Of a DNA stretch of 64,000 bases, positions 57,558 to 64,000 are shown one piece after another. This DNA is from an uncultured Bdellovibrionales bacterium (GTDB taxonomy: Bacteria; Bdellovibrionota; Bdellovibrionia; Bdellovibrionales; UBA1609). The stretch is from NCBI GenBank assembly GCA_938002015.1, contig CALLAU010000003.1, forward strand, positions 4,084 to 68,083. The letters run 5' to 3'. The first letter of the stretch is position 1. The number at the start of each line of letters is the position of its first letter. A program made the translations under genes and the position numbers. The notes below the pieces were generated by a model, which saw only the letters and a program-made list of their open reading frames with translations, was not told where the DNA came from and did no database searches.

Positions 57558-58421
57558 TTAAAAAATCTTAAACTTGATTTTAGCTACTGCCGCCAATGCA
57601 CTCATTAAAAGAACAACACTCTCTGGAACAGGTGTTTTAGCTATATCTTCATCAGGATCTGTCGGATCGTCTTTAGGGTCTTTTACAATAATAACAATAG
57701 GGTCTTCAGGGTCATCAGTAACAATTATTATTGGAGGAAGGGGATCGTCTGTCGTAGTAAATATCGTTATTGGAGGGTTTGTTATAACCCCAGTGGTTGG
57801 ATTACCTGGGTTATTTGGGTGGTAAGGGTTAGCCGGAGTGCTTGGAGAACCAGGCCCTACAGGATTTGTAGGCGTTCCACCACCAGAAGAACCTGGAGGG
57901 GCTGGTGCTGGCGGCACAGGAAAATCTTCAAGGTCTTCTTCTGGAGCCCAAAACGATGGGCAAAATTCAGAGTTTTCAAGAAGGTAATCTAACTCATCTT
58001 TAGGGAGAAGAAGCTCATCTATATCAACCATGGTCTCATCATCAAGAACTCTAGGACTGTTCTCACAAACATAATAGTTTCCATCTGGAGAGGCTCCTAT
58101 TTTGCTTACAGGTATAAACTCATCAAGTATTCCAACATAATAGCCGTTTTTATCTGCCACCATTTCATTGTTATCTCTATCAGGGTAAGTAGCTCCTTGG
58201 TCAACTTTAAGAATATGACCTCCAAGAAAATCATCTTCTGTAAGTAACCTGCACTCTACAGCTTCTTTACATCTTGTCGGAATAGGTTCAAAAGGATCGA
58301 TAACATCATCTGTACCTTTATTTACTGTTGCCGCTAGTGAGAAACTACTTATAAAAATGCTTGAAGCAATGACTAATTTTGACAAGTTTAAAGGTCTTAG
58401 TGACAATTTTAGTAAAAACAC
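57558..58421 (-). CDS. Secreted Pro/Asp-rich protein with C-terminal VPxS-hydrophobic-basic sorting-like tail
   Basis: Signal peptide, a Pro-rich low-complexity block (PVPPAPAPPGSSGGGTPTNPVGPGSPSTPANPYHPNNPGNP), and C-terminus 'PVPESVVLLMSALAAVAKIKFKIF'. Confidence 0.5.
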   Translation of the reverse strand: MFLLKLSLRPLNLSKLVIASSIFISSFSLAATVNKGTDDVIDPFEPIPTRCKEAVECRLLTEDDFLGGHILKVDQGATYPDRDNNEMVADKNGYYVGILDEFIPVSKIGASPDGNYYVCENSPRVLDDETMVDIDELLLPKDELDYLLENSEFCPSFWAPEEDLEDFPVPPAPAPPGSSGGGTPTNPVGPGSPSTPANPYHPNNPGNPTTGVITNPPITIFTTTDDPLPPIIIVTDDPEDPIVIIVKDPKDDPTDPDEDIAKTPVPESVVLLMSALAAVAKIKFKIF

Positions 58422-58596
58422 GTGTGTAAACTCCTTTAGAGGGTAAATCCAGATACTATTTTTTAAGTCTACTTATACAAATACCATACCCATTTCTTCG
58501 TCAATTTCAGGCACCTCCTTAGGAAGATTTTACACCTTTAAATGCAGTCTAGAGCATATAAGGGGAATTTATGCTATTTTTAAGATCTAAATACCT

Positions 58597-60177
58597 ATGA
58601 AATTTTCACTTAGCTTAGTCCTCTTTTTTAGCCTGATTAGTTTTAGCACTTTTGCTAGCCAACTTAGTTATGTTGATATCAGAGATCATATCAAATACTC
58701 ACCTCTTGAGTATTCAAAAGTATCTAGACTTTTATTTGATCATGTCTCCAGTAACATTTGTGATTTTGTTTCTCCGCTAAATGAAAATATGCAAAGTTTT
58801 AATAAAAATCTTTGTAATCAAAAAATGAAGTACACTAAAGAAGGTGCTCTAGGACCTCTAGGAAATATTTCAGACGATAAATTCTTAGTAAGTGATTCTA
58901 GAGAAGAAACTCGAACCAACCTTATCTTCTCAGTTGAAATAGAAGAAGATGCTCAAATTAAAGGTTTAAATTTAAAAAGCTTAAAGGTTATTTTATTTAT
59001 CCATGATGAAACACAGTATAATGATTCTAATAATTTTTTCTTTAGAAGGTTTAACGTCACAGTAGATACAGAATCTGGAGAATTTTTTATAGATGATTTT
59101 CTTGAAGACATTCCTTTAAATCAAACTCAGTTCTCATTTTTTTCTGATGTGCTTGAAAGAAAAACAATACTTATCGATAAGCTAAATAGAATCACTAAAG
59201 TCTTTCCTATTGCTACAGGAGCTTTTGATATTCGAACACTTCCAGGAATGGACGGTCATGTTGCAAGCATGACTGAAGATTTAAAAGATGATGCAAGGAT
59301 TTATCCTAGTCAACCTGCTGGCTTATATGAAGAAAGACGTAACAAAGCCATCTATAGAAACAGACCTTTTTTAGGTATTGTTGATAATTCTGGAACAACT
59401 TATAAAGAAATTGGCTGGCATTATAAGATGACTGAAGGTGATCTTCTTAGAGCTTTTTCTACACATGGATGCATGAGAACAGATGATAAAGATCTTTATC
59501 AAATGTCAGCAATAGTTTTTTACAGCAAGCAAAACTTTATACCTATTAAAGTTGTGCAATCTTTTACCTTTGATGATGAGCTAACTCCACTTATTAACCT
59601 TAACCACCCTATGCCTTTAGAGAATAATTTCTATACTTATATTAATTACTACAATGCTGATTACTCCTCTAGAGAAAATCAAAGCAAAGTTTTAAATTCC
59701 AAAGTTTACAGACAACCAAGAAGCACGCCACTTTCAGAAGTTGAGCGTCTTCTTTGGTGCAGACATCATGGTGAGGCTCAACCAATTAGATCTTATGGAA
59801 CCTGGAGTAGTGCTTTAGACAGTCTCTGCCTTACTAAGACAAGAAGAAAAGAAGAGAGTGCTCTGCCTATAATTAACTATATTCTTAATCCTAAAGTGAA
59901 TGATAGACCATATTTTAGCCAAAGCTTTCCTAAGAAGCCGAAAATGATGAATGGACTTTGCACAGGCAGTTTAACCGCTGCATTTAATGAGTATAAAAGG
60001 CGTACTAATAATGAACTTCTACCTGAGGATAATTTATTAAATTTCCCAACCTATATTGCAAACTGCGGCTGTAATAGATTTGAAGAGGTTTTAAGACCAG
60101 CACTCATTAGATTTCAAGGCAAAATCCTCCTACAATCTGATAAAAACGATATCCTTGCTAAGTACTGCAGCAGATAA
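58597..60177 (+). CDS. Secreted protein containing a YkuD-like L,D-transpeptidase catalytic motif
   Basis: Signal peptide. 'GWHYKM...RAFSTHGCMRTDDKDLYQM' resembles the YkuD H-x(n)-S/T-H-G-C-[IVM]-R motif. Confidence 0.45.
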   Translation: MKFSLSLVLFFSLISFSTFASQLSYVDIRDHIKYSPLEYSKVSRLLFDHVSSNICDFVSPLNENMQSFNKNLCNQKMKYTKEGALGPLGNISDDKFLVSDSREETRTNLIFSVEIEEDAQIKGLNLKSLKVILFIHDETQYNDSNNFFFRRFNVTVDTESGEFFIDDFLEDIPLNQTQFSFFSDVLERKTILIDKLNRITKVFPIATGAFDIRTLPGMDGHVASMTEDLKDDARIYPSQPAGLYEERRNKAIYRNRPFLGIVDNSGTTYKEIGWHYKMTEGDLLRAFSTHGCMRTDDKDLYQMSAIVFYSKQNFIPIKVVQSFTFDDELTPLINLNHPMPLENNFYTYINYYNADYSSRENQSKVLNSKVYRQPRSTPLSEVERLLWCRHHGEAQPIRSYGTWSSALDSLCLTKTRRKEESALPIINYILNPKVNDRPYFSQSFPKKPKMMNGLCTGSLTAAFNEYKRRTNNELLPEDNLLNFPTYIANCGCNRFEEVLRPALIRFQGKILLQSDKNDILAKYCSR

Positions 60178-60244
60178 GGCTCCATCTCTTTCTTGACTTA
60201 AAGAGCCCATAAACTAAGTTTGGTTCTTACTACTAGGGGGATTT

Positions 60245-60694
60245 ATGCGCTTATTCACAATTTTAAGTTTTTTCTTTATCATCACAGGACAAAACGCTTT
60301 TGCAAGTTCATCACTACTTTGCTCAATGGTAGATAAACCTGAAACATCCCAAATGAAAATAGATTATGAAGGCATCATACCTCATAAAATTTTCTTTAAA
60401 ATACCTGAGCCTGAAGGCTTTAAAGAATTAAATGTTGAAATAGAGCCTGTGTTTGAAAGAAACGAAAAACAAGAAGAGTCTTTTAGTGTAAAGCCTATAT
60501 ATGACAAAGAAATCGACTGGGATAAAGAGCCTGAGTGTTATAAAGAGATTGGAACACAGTGGTACTTTGTTTTTCGTCACCTTCAAGATGATTTTTTAGT
60601 ACAGTTTACTCCATACTTTAAAACAGCTTACACCCTTTGTTACCTACCAAGGTTTCAGCCACAAACTCACAGACTAGATTGTAAAGAAATTTAA
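60245..60694 (+). CDS. Hypothetical secreted protein (149 aa)
   Basis: Signal peptide '[17 protein letters not shown]'. No family recognised. Confidence 0.4.
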   Translation: MRLFTILSFFFIITGQNAFASSSLLCSMVDKPETSQMKIDYEGIIPHKIFFKIPEPEGFKELNVEIEPVFERNEKQEESFSVKPIYDKEIDWDKEPECYKEIGTQWYFVFRHLQDDFLVQFTPYFKTAYTLCYLPRFQPQTHRLDCKEI

Positions 60695-60701
60695 GAAAAA
60701 A

Positions 60702-61073
60702 ATGTCAGATTCATCATCAGAAGAAATTACATTGCCACCATGCCCAGAATGTAATTCTAAATACTCCTACATTGATAGAGATTTCTTTGCTTGTCCTGAA
60801 TGTGGACATGAGTGGTCAAAAGACATTTCTTTAAAAAGCTTAGAAAACATAGATGAAAAAGTTTTTAAAGATGTAAATGGTAATACTTTAGAAAATGGTG
60901 ACACTGTAACTGTTATTAAAGATCTAAAAGTAAAAGGCTCTTCAACGGTTGTTAAAGTCGGAACCAAAGTTAAAAACATCAGGCTTGTTGATGGAGATCA
61001 TGACATTGATTGCAAGATTCCAGGTATTGGATCAATGCAACTTAAAACTCAATTTGTTAAAAAAGTAAAATAA
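60702..61073 (+). CDS. phnA: PhnA/YjdM zinc-ribbon protein
   Basis: '[10 protein letters not shown]...[10 protein letters not shown]' zinc ribbon and '[34 protein letters not shown]...LKTQFVKK'. Confidence 0.85.
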   Translation: MSDSSSEEITLPPCPECNSKYSYIDRDFFACPECGHEWSKDISLKSLENIDEKVFKDVNGNTLENGDTVTVIKDLKVKGSSTVVKVGTKVKNIRLVDGDHDIDCKIPGIGSMQLKTQFVKKVK

Positions 61074-61145
61074 GCCTAGCTCTTTTATGAGTTTTCCTTT
61101 TAAGAACGCGACAAGCTTTACATAAGTGATATAATTTAATCACTT

Positions 61146-62174
61146 ATGCCAAAGAAAACTAAAAACTATTCATGGACTAGACTAAAGGACTCTGAACTTT
61201 TAGAACTTAGATTTTGTGATCTTGAATTAGAAGTAAAAGGAAGCAGAATCACCCCTCATATCAACCAACTCTATAAAGAATTAAAACAAAGAAAAATTGA
61301 ATTTAATCCACATGTTTGGATTGCTCAAGACTGGTTTGCAATGGATGGAATCCCTGGAATAGCAGTGCCTTTTTATATTATGCATGAAAGACTTGCTAAA
61401 TTAAGCAGAAAGCTTATTACAGATGTTGAAGGTTTTAATAACAGAGACTGCATAAAACTTTTAAGACATGAAGCCGGACATGCAATTGATAATGCCTATA
61501 AACTTAGACTTTCTAGAAAAAGGCAAAAGCTCTTTGGCCTTTCTTCTCAGGATTACCCAGAGCGCTACTCCCCGCGGGCCTACTCAAAAAAATACGTTGT
61601 CCATTTAAACTCATGGTACGCTCAAGCTCATCCTGACGAAGACTGGGCTGAAACTTTTGCTGTGTGGCTTAATCCAAAATCAAACTGGAAACAAAGATAT
61701 AAAAACTGGCCAGCTTTAAATAAGTTAAAACTAGTAAATGAACTTATGAATGAGATTAAAGATGTACCACCATTTGTTACACGAACAGAGCAGCCTGGTG
61801 ATATTACAAAAAGTAGAAAAAAATTAAAAACTTTTTTTAATGAAAAAAGAGAAGCTATGGGTTTAGAAAAACCCTTCTACCTTGAACCGTTACTCGTTAG
61901 GCTTTTCTCCTCTGAGCCTGAATTTAAAAAAAGAAAAAGAGCTGCAAATTTTATTCGTGATGAAAGACCCTTAATAAGAGAAAAAGTTGCTAGATGGACT
62001 GGGCAGTATAAGTACACAATTGATTTAATGCTTAATGAAGTTATCCAGTCTTGTAAGGAAAAAAATATGCACCTTACAAAATCAGAGAGAGAAACAAGAC
62101 TTGATCTAGTTGGCATGCTTACAGCTCAAACACTTAATTACATCAACTCTGGACATCATAAAATAGCCATGTAG
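61146..62174 (+). CDS. Putative zinc-binding metallopeptidase (Peptidase_Mx-like)
   Basis: 'LLRHEAGHAIDNAY' (HExxH) and downstream 'HPDEDWAETFAVWL'. The family call is from memory. Confidence 0.5.
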   Translation: MPKKTKNYSWTRLKDSELLELRFCDLELEVKGSRITPHINQLYKELKQRKIEFNPHVWIAQDWFAMDGIPGIAVPFYIMHERLAKLSRKLITDVEGFNNRDCIKLLRHEAGHAIDNAYKLRLSRKRQKLFGLSSQDYPERYSPRAYSKKYVVHLNSWYAQAHPDEDWAETFAVWLNPKSNWKQRYKNWPALNKLKLVNELMNEIKDVPPFVTRTEQPGDITKSRKKLKTFFNEKREAMGLEKPFYLEPLLVRLFSSEPEFKKRKRAANFIRDERPLIREKVARWTGQYKYTIDLMLNEVIQSCKEKNMHLTKSERETRLDLVGMLTAQTLNYINSGHHKIAM

Positions 62175-62204
62175 CTATTTTAAAAAACAAGAGGTTAAAA
62201 GAAA

Positions 62205-63218
62205 ATGAAAATACTTCTTCTTATTCACTCAGATCTAATACCACCAGAAAATATTAAAGATGTTAACTTAGAAGAAGTGCCGTGGAGGACTGAGTATGAT
62301 GTTAAAAATGCACTTTTAAAATTAGGTCATAAAGTTGAAGTGCTTGGAGTAACAGAAAGTCTTTTAAAAATTAGAGATGCTATTAAAAATATTAAACCTC
62401 ATATTGTATTTAACTTACTAGAAGAGTTTAAAGGGGAAGCTATTTTTGATCAAAATATCGTAAGCTACCTTGAACTCTTAGGAACAGCTTACACTGGATC
62501 AAATCCAAAAGGAATGATTATTGGAAGAGATAAAGCATTATCAAAGAAAATACTTTCATATCACAAGATTCCTACACCAAAGTTTCAAGTATTTCCTAGG
62601 AATAAACCACGAAAGAAACTCACACTCAAAAGCTTTCCACTTATTGTAAAATGCTTAAATGAAGAAGCTTCTAGGGGTATTTCTCAAGCCTCCATAGTTA
62701 ATAATGAAGAAAAGCTTTTAGAAAGAGTTAGATTTATTCACACAAAATACAGGACTGACGCTATTGTTGAGCAATTCATTGAAGGAAAAGAATATTTTGT
62801 TGGAGTTATGGGAAACTATAGACTTGAAACACTCCCTGCATGGGAACTAAAGTTTAAAGACGTAGAGCACCCTGAAAAAGAGTTTTATACAGAACAAGCA
62901 AAATTCAATACAGAGTACAGAAAAAGAAAAGGAATTTCTACAGGTAAAGCAGATATTAAAGCTGATATGGAAGAAGCTTTACAAAGGTTTGCAAAAAGAT
63001 CTTATAAAGCTCTTGGGCTAAGTGGTTATGCACGAATGGATATGAGAGTAGATAAACTTGGAAAGATTTATTTACTTGAAGCTAATCCAAATCCAGATAT
63101 ATCTGAATCAGATGACTTTGCTCAAAGTGCTAAGAAAAGAGGTTATACATATAAAATTCTCTTAGAGAAAATTATTCGCCTTGGAAGACAGTGGAGCCCA
63201 ACAGATCAACATTCTTAA
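62205..63218 (+). CDS. D-alanine--D-alanine-ligase-like ATP-grasp enzyme
   Basis: 'GRDKALSKKIL...P', 'PLIVKCLNEEASRGIS', 'IVEQFIEGKEYFVGVMGN' and 'GYARMDMRVDKLGKIYLLEANPNP', typical of Ddl-family ATP-grasp proteins. Confidence 0.65.
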   Translation: MKILLLIHSDLIPPENIKDVNLEEVPWRTEYDVKNALLKLGHKVEVLGVTESLLKIRDAIKNIKPHIVFNLLEEFKGEAIFDQNIVSYLELLGTAYTGSNPKGMIIGRDKALSKKILSYHKIPTPKFQVFPRNKPRKKLTLKSFPLIVKCLNEEASRGISQASIVNNEEKLLERVRFIHTKYRTDAIVEQFIEGKEYFVGVMGNYRLETLPAWELKFKDVEHPEKEFYTEQAKFNTEYRKRKGISTGKADIKADMEEALQRFAKRSYKALGLSGYARMDMRVDKLGKIYLLEANPNPDISESDDFAQSAKKRGYTYKILLEKIIRLGRQWSPTDQHS

Positions 63219-63383
63219 TAACTAAATACATAAGCCACAAAACAGCCTAAACCTTTTGAATGCATTTCTATTTCTCTGCCTAAAATTATCGCTTAATTAT
63301 CACGGGGTATAATGGATTAAGTCTCCTCGCGTGTTAGTTAATTGCTTTATATTTAATCTTTAAATTAAGGCCAACAGCACATT

Positions 63384-64000
63384 ATGCTTAAAAAAATCAA
63401 TTCTTTTACAGACCCTAAGGTCTTTTGGATATCAAATCTTGCTATTTTCATACTCATTGGCCTTACACTAACTTATGGAAACAAACTCGTTCTTCAAACT
63501 GCTCAACTTAAAGCACTTATATTAGAAAATTTTGCCTGGGCTTATATTCTGCCTATAATTTGGATTATCTATTTTATCTCAAGAATTTGCTATAAATACG
63601 GCGATGTAAAACTTGGTGGAGCAGATGCCAAGCCTGAGTTTTCAAAGTTTAGCTGGGTTTCTATGCTCTTTAGTGCAGGGCTTGGTATTGGTCTTTTCTA
63701 CTCAGGTGTTTATGAGCCTATGTCACATTATTTTATAGCTCCTCACATTTCGCATTTAGATGGATTTGAAAGGTTTATAGGAGCACTAGATGTAACTTAC
63801 TTTCACTGGGGTTTACCGGCTTGGATTTTATATAGCGCTACAGGGCTGATGTTTGCATACGTAAGTTATAACTTAAAAAAACCTTTTATATATGCCGCTT
63901 TTATCCCAGAAAAATATGTACGGACTCGAGTGCTTATAAATGTGTTTGCAATTTTATGTATTCTTATTGGTCTTATCATTGCTTTTGCAATGGGTGTTGA
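63384..64000 (+). CDS. BCCT-family (betaine/carnitine/choline) transporter, N-terminal part (runs off the right edge)
   Basis: My translation from ATG 63384 gives MLKKINSFTDPKVFW...YGDVKLGGADAKPEFSKFSWVSMLFSAGLGIGLFYSGVYEPMSHY, matching the conserved BCCT N-terminal region. There is no stop before 64000. Confidence 0.75.
   Translation, partial: MLKKINSFTDPKVFWISNLAIFILIGLTLTYGNKLVLQTAQLKALILENFAWAYILPIIWIIYFISRICYKYGDVKLGGADAKPEFSKFSWVSMLFSAGLGIGLFYSGVYEPMSHYFIAPHISHLDGFERFIGALDVTYFHWGLPAWILYSATGLMFAYVSYNLKKPFIYAAFIPEKYVRTRVLINVFAILCILIGLIIAFAMGV

Noticed and set aside
57574-57825. 83-aa plus-strand ORF rich in Gly/Ser/Ile
   Set aside because: It is antisense to the Pro/Asp-rich low-complexity segment of the 57558-58421 gene. 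It is a compositional artefact.
1-64000. Looked for CRISPR arrays, rRNA genes, tRNA genes, IS elements with terminal inverted repeats, and reverse transcriptases (retron or DGR)
   Set aside because: I saw no regularly spaced direct repeats, no rRNA-like conserved blocks, no cloverleaf candidates, no transposase-like ORFs and no RT motifs. The only structured RNA gene I can support is the tmRNA.

Overview
This is a visibly AT-rich bacterial chromosomal window. The gene content suggests a Bdellovibrio-like predatory lineage (Bacteriovoracaceae or Halobacteriovoraceae type): a TIGR02147-type paralog, a SWIB-domain protein, many lipoproteins and secreted hydrolases, and a tmRNA tag ending in ALAA. 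That assignment is inference only.

The housekeeping backbone includes:
- leuS (partial at the left edge), rlmN and dbpA
- an RluF-like pseudouridine synthase, a uracil-DNA glycosylase, YaeQ and PhnA
- SulP, SSS, POT and BCCT transporters
- several SDRs and thioredoxin-fold proteins
- two two-component systems and a REC-GGDEF cyclase

The standout structure is the tmRNA gene (ssrA, 9704-10056). Its 3' end (CTCCACCATT[A]) is repeated at 16429 and 17236. These repeats delimit two elements:
- A ~6.4 kb integrative island with an excisionase-like gene and a tyrosine integrase. Its cargo includes a DUF4238 protein (a family reported as a single-gene anti-phage system), a DUF559/Vsr-like nuclease, an XRE-led three-gene operon and several orphan proteins.
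- A ~0.8 kb att-flanked mini-cassette encoding one 3-TM protein.

My best guess for an undescribed system is the uncharacterised island cargo (10.3-11.6 kb, 12.6-14.6 kb and 16.4-17.2 kb). The second candidate is the orphan ParB-like nuclease plus AAA/DUF4143 ATPase pair at 21.5-23.8 kb.

I found no CRISPR array, rRNA or tRNA gene. All family calls come from motif recognition by eye. No database search was possible.
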